Positions 13,637-24,638 of a stretch of DNA of 64,000 nt are shown here, piece after piece (position 1 is the first letter of the stretch; every line of letters starts with the position of its first letter). The notes beneath the pieces are model-generated. The model did not search any database. It saw only the letters and a program-made list of their open reading frames with translations, and was not told the origin of the DNA. The stretch spans positions 1 through 64,000 of the forward strand of contig JAPEUG010000045.1 in the NCBI GenBank assembly GCA_026025795.1, given 5' to 3'. The translations under genes were made by a program, and so were the position numbers. The DNA comes from Thelocarpon superellum. Lineage: Eukaryota.

Positions 13637-14225
13637 GGTCGGGCCGGCGAGTATGACCCGACGAAGTCGTGGTGGGGGTGTAGGTCAAGGGGGACGAATC
13701 CAAGTCGCGTCTTCAGTGAACATGTACAAACTATTACAGGTAGAAGACGTGCATCGAAACGATTCTTTGTCCGCCCGTTTGTGCAGGCTTCAGTCAAAGG
13801 GCCAGAGGATGCAAGGTCCGATTGGACCGCGCTCAGCTAGTGTCTCCTAGGAGATACACGGTAAGTTACGAAGGACGTCGGCTATGGCGGGGCGAAACGG
13901 GTCGGTATTTGTAGGAGCGTCGTACTCCGGCTCACGGAAGAAGCCGAGTCGCCTGCGATTCCAGCACGCAATATTACTCGTTAGCTGACAGCTAAACGAT
14001 TCGGCTCACAACCAAATCTTCCAAATCTCACAAATTTCAAATCTAGGCCAACACCACCATGCCTCTGACGTGAATCACCACTCCGAAGCTACGGTCTTAA
14101 CCAGCAAGGGAAGACATGATACTCATGATCTCATGGACAGTGACAAGGCCCACAGGGGTCTCTTGACTGGTCAGTTCTGCGCTCTACACACCCGTCTTTT
14201 GTACTCCTCCCCGTCCTTCCCTTCC

Positions 14226-14332
14226 TACCGTGATGAACATTCGTGTCGCCCCTATCATACCAAGAGCACGCAAGTATTTGCCTCTATGTTGTGGTGATAG
14301 ACCTGTCTATACCAAACAGACTTTCTGATGAC
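14226..14332 (+). ncRNA. snR67: Box C/D snoRNA, snR67/U31-like (LSU Gm2619 guide)
   Basis: C box GTGATGA 14230-14236. Guide GTGTCGCCCC 14243-14252 pairs LSU GGGGCGGCAC with one G.U and resembles yeast snR67 UGUCGCCCC. Degenerate D' CATA, C'-like GTGATAG 14294, D CTGA 14325-14328. Clustered with snR53 as in yeast. Confidence 0.7.
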
Positions 14333-14561
14333 CGTCCTCGAACCACGCTGCTTCTCGGCGACTTGGAGTCTGACGCGTGTTGCTTACATATACGCTGGAA
14401 GCAGGAATCTCCTCGAGCCTCTCATGAGCTTGTCATGCTGCTGCTTGATATGCTTGCTATACTTGAAATCTCTGGGCTCAACAGGAATTGCCATCAGTAG
14501 GGCTGCAGACGTGCGTAAGGACCTTTTCCACTTCACTAATTCTTCTCTTCCACAACGCACT

Positions 14562-14640
14562 ATGTTACATGATGACCACAAATATACTATCAAATGCCGA
14601 TCACCCATGACGAGCTAATTTTGGTTCGATTGTCTGACAT
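14562..14640 (+). ncRNA. Box C/D snoRNA with two guides (Z17/SNORD4-like SSU Um121-equivalent, plus an LSU guide)
   Basis: C ATGATGA 14569, D' CCGA 14597, C' ATGACGA 14607, D CTGA 14634, terminal ATGT/ACAT stem. TACTATCAAAT pairs SSU AUUUGAUAGUA; TGGTTCGATT pairs LSU AAUCGAACCA. Confidence 0.85.
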
Positions 14641-14879
14641 TTCTGTCGCGTCACGTTCGAGTAAATGCCGACAATCATCTGTATCATAGGCTAATCTTGA
14701 ATGTGGATTGCTAGATGCCTGCAACATTACTCAACGTCCTCGACTGTATTTTGTGCCCGAGCATAAGGTAAGGACAAGAAACCTCCTACCTCATAGCTCC
14801 AACGCCCCCACATCTGCCCACACACTGCCCGCCTGCTTCCTTCTGCAACAAAGAACGGAAGAAGGGAAGGGAGAGGCTC

Positions 14880-14978
14880 AACGCTAATGATGTAAAAAAC
14901 ATTCCATGCTAAAGCAGAAGGGCGTTACAGCCCTGATGCTGAAATCGAAGTTGCTTTTCATCTTTCGACTGAAGCGTT
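14880..14978 (+). ncRNA. snR53: Box C/D snoRNA, snR53-like (SSU Am796 guide)
   Basis: Terminal stem AACGCT/AGCGTT; C ATGATGT 14887. Guide ATTCCATGCTAA 14901-14912 pairs SSU UUAGCAUGGAAU. D' CAGA 14915, internal AGGGC/GCCCT stem, C' CTGATGC, D CTGA 14969. Confidence 0.88.
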
Positions 14979-15347
14979 TTCATGCCCCCTCCATCTTCCC
15001 CTACGTTCTCCCCACTACCTCGCCTCCTCTTCTGGACCGCGCTGGTGGCCAAGGAATGCGATTGCTGATTTGGAAGCCAGTCTGTTCGGTCAATTCCCGG
15101 CCTCGTATATGGAGGTAGGCAGGTGGGTGAATTGAAGAGTCGGAAGGAATAATACCCAGCTCATACACCTAGTCAATTCTACGCCTGGATAGGGAGCCCA
15201 ACAAGCCGTATACATTTCTCGGAATGGGACATCTAGCCATACTTGCATGCTCACGTGAACCAATCATACTCCTCTTGTCCTTCCGCTCTCTTACCCAGCA
15301 TGCCAACACCACATCCAAAAGCAAGTCCATCATCTGATCTCTCCTCA

Positions 15348-16829
15348 TCAGCCATCCCGTATCGGCACAGCACCAGCACCAGCACCAGCACCGGCGCTCA
15401 GCTTAACCGGCACAGGCGCCCAAGTATCAACTGATGCACGAAGCCCCGCTGCCCTTAGAGAAGCCAGGGCAGCCACGACGATGGCGGACTTTCCGAATCG
15501 CTCTCTCATGTCCCCGTCCAGATTGAACACCACTTCCCTGAGGTGCGGAAGCGAGCAGGTCGAGGTGGAGGAGAAGGAGGAGGAGGAGGAGAAGGCCTGC
15601 ACGGCACTGACCAGGATCCCCGCTGCCTCTTGGGGACCGAGGCTCGGACTGAGATAGACGTGCAAGCTGCGTAGACTGGACGGGAGGTGCTGCAGCGTGG
15701 ACGACTCGAGGTCGGGCCAGCCGAGCTCGAGGTGTTGGAGCTCGGAGGCGGAGAGGAGACCGTGTAGCGTCGCAAGACATGTAGGTGATGGCGTGAAGTC
15801 GGCCGAGAGGTTCAGGCGCCGGAGCGAGGAGCCGTGGGATTCCATGATGGCTGCGAGCATCTCCGTTACGAAAAACACTTCGCCTTCTGTCGACGCCGGG
15901 TCTCGGACGTCGCAGATGGTCAGGATGCGTAGCGGTCGTAGGCCTCGCATGACACCGGGCGCGAGGGACTGGCCGATGAACGGTCCAGTGTACCCGGCTC
16001 GTTGCTGGAAGAATAGTCCAGGCGGCGGTCCGATCAGCTCCAGTTCATCAAGCCGGCGGAGGCTGGAAAGAATCTGGAGTGTTTCCCGCGGTGGCGTGGC
16101 GGAGAAGCCGCTGAAGCGGAGACTGCGTAGATCGGGAAACGACGTGAGGAAGTCTAGAGCGACGTGATCCAGCTGGCAGGAAAGCCGTTGAAGACGGGGC
16201 CAGCGGAGCGCGCTGACGGCACAGAAGGAGCGCGAGAAATGCCGGTAGGCGTGGTAGTGGGAGTTGCGCGGCTTGAAGATGCTCAGATCTCGCACCCCGG
16301 ACAGGTGCTGCATTGCGGACGATAGCTCGCCCACCTCGTCCTCATAGAGACGCGCGATGGGACTGATGCTGCCATCCTTCCCAGAAGGCGCGACGTCTTT
16401 CACCCGCTGATGGCCCTTGATGTCCACGACGGTGATGCCCAAGCACTTGACGTGATGGAGCTGACTCGATCCCCTCCGTCGCATCCATTCGTACAGATCG
16501 TACTGGGAAGCAAAGGTCACGGGACGTTGGAACAGATATGGCTGCGCCTCGTGATAGATCTGCCGGGACACTTGGAGGACGTGGACATTGGCGCACGATG
16601 CGCTGGAAAGCAGTTCCGCGTAGATGTGCTGTCGGATTTCTAGCGGCAAGAGGAAGATCGGCGACGCAGCTGAGCTGCCATTCATCGCACGCCCGTCGCC
16701 GGACGTCATCTCCAGGCCACGCTGTGGCCGGGCCTTCCTCGCACCCTGATCGAGCGCGAGATCCCGCGATACAGGCGCAGGACGAGCCAAGGGCACGAGG
16801 GACGCAGGACTGAGCGCGAGAATGGACAT
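15348..16829 (-). CDS. Hypothetical protein with an F-box-like N-terminal motif and leucine-rich repeats
   Basis: 493-aa uninterrupted ORF; FLLPLEIRQHIYAELL...VSRQIYHEA followed by LxxLxL repeats. The true start may be the downstream Met at ~16709. Confidence 0.7.
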   Translation of the reverse strand: MSILALSPASLVPLARPAPVSRDLALDQGARKARPQRGLEMTSGDGRAMNGSSAASPIFLLPLEIRQHIYAELLSSASCANVHVLQVSRQIYHEAQPYLFQRPVTFASQYDLYEWMRRRGSSQLHHVKCLGITVVDIKGHQRVKDVAPSGKDGSISPIARLYEDEVGELSSAMQHLSGVRDLSIFKPRNSHYHAYRHFSRSFCAVSALRWPRLQRLSCQLDHVALDFLTSFPDLRSLRFSGFSATPPRETLQILSSLRRLDELELIGPPPGLFFQQRAGYTGPFIGQSLAPGVMRGLRPLRILTICDVRDPASTEGEVFFVTEMLAAIMESHGSSLRRLNLSADFTPSPTCLATLHGLLSASELQHLELGWPDLESSTLQHLPSSLRSLHVYLSPSLGPQEAAGILVSAVQAFSSSSSFSSTSTCSLPHLREVVFNLDGDMRERFGKSAIVVAALASLRAAGLRASVDTWAPVPVKLSAGAGAGAGAVPIRDG

Positions 16830-19544
16830 TGAGATGACCGCCGACGAGGAGGCGAGAGGGAGCAGGGCCTGGTACTTGAGAGAAAGATCGGAGATGAAGG
16901 ATTCGAACCCGGGGGACGGGCGAGGCTATAGCAAAGCCACTTCGTTTACCGACTCACCTTGCTCGTCCTGGTGCGGCGGGGACGAGGTGGCTCATGGCCG
17001 CGTGGGAGGACTGAGATCGCGGGTGGAGGGGGATGGTCGGGGCCGGTCTTTCAAGGCTTGGGACCACCTGGAGGACTCGGTGGCGTCGGCCCTAGACCAG
17101 CGCGCTGGCAATTCCAGCCGGCCTGGGCCAAAAGGGAGCCTGACATCGTGGGTCTGGCTGGTTTACGCCAGGCCCCACGTCGATGGGCGCAAGGGCCAGC
17201 GCCACGGTCTGGCGATGAGGTTGACCTAGGGAGCTGGGGGTCAGTCCGGGTGTTACAGCGAAGGGACGGGGTGGGGGTCGGTCTGAGGGCCTGCGAAGGC
17301 GGCTCGAGACCCGAACGGACGACCACTTTGAAACGGCGCCGGATGTTCTCTCGGCGGCAGCTCCCCAGTGCAGGCCAACGCCTGGATCTCTTCTGAGCAA
17401 AGGATGGATGAAGCACGGGGATACTTTGACTTTGCGATATCCACGTGGCGTGCCGGGCCGTCGCTTGCACTTGCTTCGGCCATGCTCGGCCGGCAGCCGT
17501 GGGCCCCGTGCGGGTGCCACGCCGGAGAGTCAAGGGCGCCGACACCCTGGATGTGGATGGCATGCATCGGTAGGGCCGCTTTCTGACCCCTGCCCCGGCA
17601 AGACTTGTTCGCAGTCTAGCGGAGCGTCGAGTCTAACGTGCGCCTCGTCGCGCAGAGATTCCACAGGCGGGTTGGCGCAGCCCCGTCGACACCGGGCATA
17701 TCACAAAGGCCTTGGTCCATCTAGACCCGCTAGCGCCCTCCAAGGCCACACCAAATGTCGGCCGAAGAAGATTCCGTGCCAGCGCCCACCGTCGCGATCG
17801 ACGATTCCCCGCAGAGGACAGATGCCTGCGCAAACAATCTACGCGTTGGCGATCGCGCCATGTTCGTATCTGGCCACGCACTTGTGAGAGTCGCCATGGC
17901 TTGCTCGTACGAGGCCGCTAGTGACGCGGAGACGGCGGAAGGAGAAACATGGTTCAGTGTGACTTGGACCTGTGCTCCGCCTTTCCACTCTCGTCCTGCT
18001 CTCATCGACGGGACGTCGCCAATCGCTCCGCTCGGTTAGAGGGCGACGCACCGACCACCGGTCGACCGAGAGTCTCCGTTTCGCGCCACGGCCAGGGACA
18101 TGACCAACATAATGTCGTCGTCGTGGCGAGACAGCTCTCCGCCAGACAGGACCTCGCTACTTCTGAAGTCTGATGCCGACACACGACGATAAAGCTGGAC
18201 TCCTCGCTTCGGAGAGGGACATCTACACTCGTAGTACTTCGTACCATGGGCAGGCAGTCCGTGCTACTAACGCGCGGAAATGACGGGGGGCGGACATGCA
18301 AATGTCTTTTCATCGGTGCGGTGCGATCGCCCTCGTTCCGAAACCCTGGCTGGACCCCGCCGGTCAATCAAACACACGTGGGTCGAGACCGGCACGACCC
18401 TGCCGCCGCTGTGACGTGCGTCTCATTGTGAGCCGGTAGGGCAAGAGTAAACGACGTGGCTGGGCTCCTTAGTCCAAGAGAGGAAGCAGCCAGGAAGGAC
18501 CCGTCTCGGCATCGCCGAGACGCCTCGTCAACCCTGCCAGCCTTGCAGCGCGCAGGGTCTCGACTGGTGGGGGAAGAGAAGGCGGCGCATCGCAACATGC
18601 GTTGACGGGTGTGGAGGAAAGATTAGTCGTAAGGGAGGGGTGACTCCCACACTCAATGCCGCGCGGATAGCTCGGTCAAACGCACCTCGAGGTCGGCGGG
18701 GAGGTGCAGGCACGTCCGACCATGTCCGCCGTTGGGTCGGGCGCGAAAGACCGCGCTACTGGAGCCAGGGGTGGCGCCCGGCGTGTAAACACTCCGCACC
18801 GGCCGCGGGGATGGCGAGGAGGACGAACGGCGATGGTGACGGGGAGGCAAGTGCAGTCGAGGGTGGCGTTGGTGGAGACTGCAGATGCGTCGAAGCCGTC
18901 GCCCTGAAGAAGGTGAGGAGGCTGCCATGTGCCTCTCCAACGCCTTGCGACGATGAGGCACGGCAGGGCGTAACGAAGGGACGGATGGATTCAGAATAGC
19001 GTCGACACTTTTCCATCCATCCATCGACGCCACCAAGGTCAACCCGAGCCGAGACGCCTGGCCGATCAAATCCGTCCGCACGATTGGGCTGGAGTCTGCC
19101 GTCGTGAGCGATGAGTTGCTCGGTTCGTGCGCAACAATCTCCGCGGGATCAGGCTTCCAACGACCATTGGTGACTAGCGATCTGGTGTTCGACTGACCAA
19201 GATCAAATTACTCAGCTGCCTCGCTAACTGGGGGATTTGGAGAGACCGGATCTACCGTACCCGATCAGGCAGCATCTTGAGTCACCTTGGTCCAACCATG
19301 CCTAGCGTCTGGTTAGGTGAAGAGAGTCCCAGACCGCCTACTGTAGCCGCGAAGAGGAGAGCCAGGCCCTGAGGTGGGGCACACACCACGCCAAGGAGCG
19401 TCGATGCATCCCATGCGGCAGATACGAGTATTGTACAGAACGTGTCTATAGGTCCGCGAAGGTCCAACGGCACTGCCTCACCGCTGCCTGCTAACCACGA
19501 CTCTAGCTGACCCCGGCCCCTGCGCTCCCCGCTGTCAACTACCT

Positions 19545-20992
19545 CTAGACACGCAACAATCGCGCCGCGTAGTTGGCGATGAGCTCTTCGGTTGGGAAGG
19601 ACATCTCCTCGAGCTTTTGAGCTGCAGCACCCATCGTCAGCGTCGTCCCTCGGGTGTGCGGTGGGGCACCAACCGTAGGGCGTGGGCACCTCTGCCCCCG
19701 TTACTCGCACCGCCGGCGCGTCGAGGTAATCAAAGGCGTACTCCATCGTCAGCGCCAAGATCTCAGCACCCACGCCAAAGCTCGGAAAGCCCGATTCGAC
19801 GGCCATCAGGCGGTGCGTCTTCTTCACTGAGTTGACAATGGCCTCGACATCTAATGGCTTGATCGACCGGAGATTGATCACCTCGGCCTCGATGCCATAC
19901 TTCGACTTCAACTGCTCCGCGGCAGTCAGGGATTGGCCAACACACCGCGACAGGGTGACGATAGTCAGATCCTTTCCGGCACGCTCAATCTTCGCCTTCC
20001 CGAACTATGCAGGTGTGAGCGACTTCGTATCTGAGGGACTGGGTTTGAGGGTCGGTCTCAAACGTACCGGAACCACGAAGTCGTCTCGTTGTGCGGCCTC
20101 GCTCATAGGAAAGGTTTGCCCGTAGAGCAATCTATGTCCACCACGTTAGAACCATGCATCTCGCATCGTTGGCACCGCGGTCTCGCTCACTCGTTCTCCA
20201 GGACCACGACAGGGTTTGGGTCGCGAATAGCTGCCTTCAGTAACCCTTTGGCGTCCTCGGCGCTCCAAGGCGTCACCACCTTTAGGCCCGGGATGCTGCC
20301 GTACCAACTTGTGTAGTCTTGGGAATGCTGGGCAGCCACGCCGGCAGCAAAGCCATTGGGTCCTCGGAAGGTGATGTTGCATGGTTGGATGCCTCCAGAC
20401 ATGTAGTGGGTCTTGGCGGCCGAGTTGATGATCTGGTCAATGGCTTGCATGGCGAAGTTGAACGTCATGAACTCGCACTAGGATTTCATCGTCAGCTGGT
20501 CCAATCTATCACAAGCCACCGTGGAGGGGAAGGCATGAGACGTACGACGGGATGGAGGCCAGCCAGTGCCGCCCCAACCGTGAGCCCGGCGAACCCACTC
20601 TCGGTGATGGGGCTGTCGATGACTCGCTTCTCTCCGAATCGGTCCAGTAAGCCCTTGGTCACCTTGTATCTGTGCCGTGCCATCAGTTATGCTGCTCGCC
20701 ATGTCGGCCCGAGGCTCGCAACGCACGCTCCGTTGTATTGGGCCACCTCCTCGCCCAAGACAAAGACCTTGTCATTCTGCTCCAATTCCTCCGCCAGCGC
20801 CTCATTCAACGCGTCCCGCACGGCCATCTCTTTCGTCCCGCTGGGCGTGGCATATGCTCTTCGTGACGACGACGCATTCCACCGAGACGTGAGGGACCAG
20901 GCCGATCGAAGAGGCGTCTGCGAGCCGACGGGCGAGCCGGACATCCATCGTGGGGCGGATCGGAGAAGGCGTGCAGCCGACATGACGCCCAT
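19545..20992 (-). CDS. PDB1: Pyruvate dehydrogenase E1 beta subunit, mitochondrial
   Basis: [90 protein letters not shown]. Five introns. Confidence 0.97.
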
Positions 20993-21636
20993 GTGCACCA
21001 GTGATGGGTCCGTACCGCGTGGCGACAAGCTGAGGGATGACCGGGTCCGAGACGTGTGAGATGGCGATCGTAGAGATGTCACTGGATGAGCTACTTTTTA
21101 GCTGGAGTCAACAGCTACTACTAGTATAACGGGTCGTAAATGTTGAGCCCGAGGATACGGCGGGCGAGAGGCGCCAGTCAGCCGCGCTAAGCTAAGTTGA
21201 GTGCTTGGTCCACTGGCCGCAAAGTTCCCTACCCAACATTTCGGCCTGATCCGTTTCTACGTGGTCGCTCATGGAACTGCTACCATACATTGTTCTCTCC
21301 TTCGGCCGCCATCGACCTTGCGCCCAGACGGGTATCATGTTTGCAAGCCCGGCTATTCGGGCCGACATCTGGCCGGCGGTCGCCATAGTGTCTTTACAGC
21401 AGCTCCATTGAAAGGAATCCGAATCAATTGAGGCGCAGCTGTTATATGCGTCGACTTGGTATCTAGATACAGGGAAGAGGACAAGAGATTATGATTACAT
21501 CGACCGACTTGGCTGAGCTGGAAGCCGATGGAGGCGCTGAGGCTGGCGATGTCAAGCGGAAGTATAGGATGAGCACAAGGGAAATGCGGTGCCATACAAG
21601 GATGATGCTTCGGACTGTGTCATCTCACGCGCCCGC

Positions 21637-22933
21637 TCACGCTTTCGGCTTCCGGGCAATCATCATGAACATGGGCGTGAAGAGCTTCTCCCTGCCGCCC
21701 GCGACGAGGCAGTCGGCGGCGACACCAAGGCTGTCGGCGGTTTTCTGCGTGCCGGCTGGCGCCAGGCGAAAGGTCTCAAGACCACGGATGAGGTTGTGCA
21801 CGGCAAATCGGCCGAGGTGGCTCATGCGCAGGACCGTGAACCAGTCCCACGCACTCGAGGCGTACTTGAGCTCGCCAGCGAGCGGATAGTACCATGGGAT
21901 CGGGTCGTCTCGTTCTGCGAGGTCCTCGTGGTCCAGGAGCTCAAAGCCGGCGGCTTTGATAGCGTCAATGGCGACTGAGGCCTTGCACATGTTGGAAATG
22001 CCATCGCCTTGCTCAATGCCGAGTCGGACTTCACGATGATGCTGGTTGTCGTTGTCGTAATTCTCCGTCATTACCCACTCATACACACCAAAGGTACCGC
22101 CGGGCTTGAGGACACGGAAGATCTGCGAGTAGACGCCTTCGAGGGAGGGGGCATGTACAGTGGCTTCGATCGCGTAGACGGCGTCAAAGGAGTTGGCAGG
22201 GAAGGACATTTGCTACTGGGCGTCAGTCCAATCCAATTTCATCGCTCGTTAGCACTAACCATGAAGTCGCCCTTGACGAAGGTCAATTGCTTGTCCAATC
22301 CGACGCGCTGCGCGGCTGCGTTCGCCCGTCCAATCTGGTAGTCGTTGTTGTTGAGCCCGGTGATGTTGGCGCCAGAAAAGCGTGCAATCTCGCGGGCGGG
22401 TCCGCCCACACCGCAGCCGACGTCGAGCACCTTCATCCCCTCGCGCAGGCCCATGCGGTGGGCCAGATACATTTCGTGCCGAGCGATGGCCTGGAGAAAG
22501 GGCTCCCGGATGCCGAATCGACAGAAATGAAAGGATTGGCACCATCCATTCTCGTAGAGGTCGGTCGCCAGGTCGTAGTAGCTAGGAGACCAGATCAGCT
22601 CATAGTACATGGTCTTGGGAGAGGCTGGCATCATACTGTCGGGTCAAGGTCGCATATTGCGCCTTGCGCTCCTGTTGAATCATGATGATCAGTCCCAAGA
22701 TGAGTGACTCCGGCTCGTCGGCTTCTTACCTCACGGTCCTTTTCGGTCTCTTTGGCGGCCGGCTTATTGTCCCAATGCCGATAGTACTCGTCCAAGGCTG
22801 CCTTGTGTGCGGCCGGGTCTTTCTTGAGCATGGCGAGAAAGCTCGACTGCTCCTGGCCCGACTTGCCGTGCAGGACTTTGTTGAAGTTTGCATCACGCGA
22901 ATGATCTTCCGTCTCGAGCCTGATAGGGGACAT
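21637..22933 (-). CDS. ERG6: Sterol 24-C-methyltransferase
   Basis: [59 protein letters not shown]. Three introns. Confidence 0.97.
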
Positions 22934-23363
22934 CTTGAGAATGGGTGAGGATTTGTCCGTGAGAGCCTTGGCGTGGAAATGCAGCTTCAGGACAAATGAT
23001 CGGAACAGGCAGCGAAGATGCGGAATATTCTCTTGGACCTCTGCCTGTGTTGTCAGGAACGGAGATATGGCGCGAATTCTCTCAGGAACGGCAATTCGAA
23101 GATCCGACGCAGGAACGGGCGCGATTGGACAGTACCAGTAGGGTATACGAATACGAAGACCGTGCTATGGGCGCTCCCTTGCCGATCATGTGGCTGGAGG
23201 TCTCTTGGTCTGTACGAGTGGTCTAGACTGCTTTCACAACCGAAGCATTAGTCATCGTCTTGCTCGGTCATCCATCAGCCTGAGACGAGCCACGAAATAT
23301 TATATCTGCTGTTTGAAGCACCCCTCCTCTGCTCCGATTGCCACCGACTCATTCCCTCTGACG

Positions 23364-24512
23364 ATGCCACCCCCTCAGATCAAGCAGGACCTGAACCGGT
23401 CGGGATGGGAAACGACCGATTTCCCATCCGTGTGTGAAAACTGCCTTCCCGACAATCCGTATGTGCAGATGTTGAAAGAAGACTACTCGGCGGAGTGCAA
23501 GCTGTGTACCAGACCCTTTACTGTCTTCTCCTGGAAGACAGATCGCACCTCGCGCACCAAGCGGACGGGCATCTGCCTGACGTGCGCGCGTCTGAAGAAC
23601 TGCTGTCAATGCTGCATGCTCGACCTCTCCTTTGGCCTGCCGATTGTCGTCCGCGACGCTGCGCTCAAGCTTGTCGCCCCTGGACCACAAAGCAGCATCA
23701 ACCGAGAATACTATGCCCAGGAGCATGAGAAGGAACTGGAGGAGGGCCGTGGCGATCTGGAGGCCTACGAGAAAACCGACGAAAAGGCTCGGGCGCTCTT
23801 GAAGAAGTTGGCGAATAGCGAACCATACTACAAGAGACAACGCCGAATAGCATCTAGCGAGGGCGAAGAGACAACGGGCGCATCAAAGTCCGAAGCGGAC
23901 GATGGCCAGCTGAGAACCGGCCCTGGGCCCATTCGCACACGAGACGGTCGGGGTGGGATGAGGGGCGGTCGTGGCGGTGGCCGGGGAGGCCGAGGTGGAC
24001 GAGCCTTCCCCAGCACGGCGCAGCTCCCCCCAGGACCGCAAGATATCCTTCCTCCCGCCGATCAAAGCATCATGTCTCTTTTCATCACCGGCGTCGAGGA
24101 CGACCTGCCGGAACACCGACTCCGCGTCTTCTTTGCGGAATTCGGACCGCTGCGATCGGTCGTGTGCTCGCATCGCTCACATTGTGCGTTCATCAACTAC
24201 CAGACCCGAACAGGAGCAGAAGCGGCGGCTGAAAGTTGCCAAGGGAAGGCCGTCGTGTCCGGATGCCCATTGCGTGTTCAGTGGGGACGACCGAAGCCGC
24301 TGGACAACATGGAGCGGCAGGAACGCATCGATAGTGCTCGAGCTGGGCGGAGCGCCGTCACAGGCGGAGTCGATGCCAGAGGAGCGAACACTACGCCGCA
24401 ACGTGATTCCCCTCAACCGGCTGGACAAGACCATGCCGACGATGCTCTGGCTGTGGTCGCTCCTCCGCCAGGCGCCGACGATGTGACTTATGCGAGTTTG
24501 GCGGGAAATTAG
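23364..24512 (+). CDS. SLT11: Pre-mRNA splicing factor Slt11/Ecm2/Cwf5 (RBM22 family)
   Basis: MPPPQIKQDLNRSGWETTDFPSVCENCL, CKLCTRPF, CARLKNCCQCCMLDL; C-terminal RRM. Confidence 0.95.
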   Translation: MPPPQIKQDLNRSGWETTDFPSVCENCLPDNPYVQMLKEDYSAECKLCTRPFTVFSWKTDRTSRTKRTGICLTCARLKNCCQCCMLDLSFGLPIVVRDAALKLVAPGPQSSINREYYAQEHEKELEEGRGDLEAYEKTDEKARALLKKLANSEPYYKRQRRIASSEGEETTGASKSEADDGQLRTGPGPIRTRDGRGGMRGGRGGGRGGRGGRAFPSTAQLPPGPQDILPPADQSIMSLFITGVEDDLPEHRLRVFFAEFGPLRSVVCSHRSHCAFINYQTRTGAEAAAESCQGKAVVSGCPLRVQWGRPKPLDNMERQERIDSARAGRSAVTGGVDARGANTTPQRDSPQPAGQDHADDALAVVAPPPGADDVTYASLAGN

Positions 24513-24638
24513 AGGACTGGGCTGATGGGATTTCCACACCATTGCGAGGTGGAAGGGCATACCCGGCGCTGATGTACAATACAAGAATGCTTCATGACCA
24601 AATCTCTTGCTGCTACCATACTCCTGACCCTCGGTCGC

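Larger units (their letters stand above)
14041..15100 (+). ncRNA. Spliced non-coding snoRNA host transcript (ends approximate)
   Basis: GT..AG introns 14070-14140, 14170-14404, 14511-14689 and 14768-15080. The spliced exons give only a 20-codon ORF (MPLTDKAHRGLLTGISSSLS*). The last three introns each hold a C/D snoRNA. Confidence 0.75.

Noticed and set aside
14369..14374. CTGA at 14370 as the D box of a longer first snoRNA (with CTTGGAG resembling a U55 guide)
   Set aside because: It fits better as the CTGAC branch point 30 nt from the 14404 acceptor, and the match is only 7 nt.
16899..16909. Perfect B-box/T-loop GGTTCGAATCC on the minus strand
   Set aside because: No T-stem, acceptor stem or A-box, so it is not a tRNA. 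At most an isolated TFIIIC-like site.
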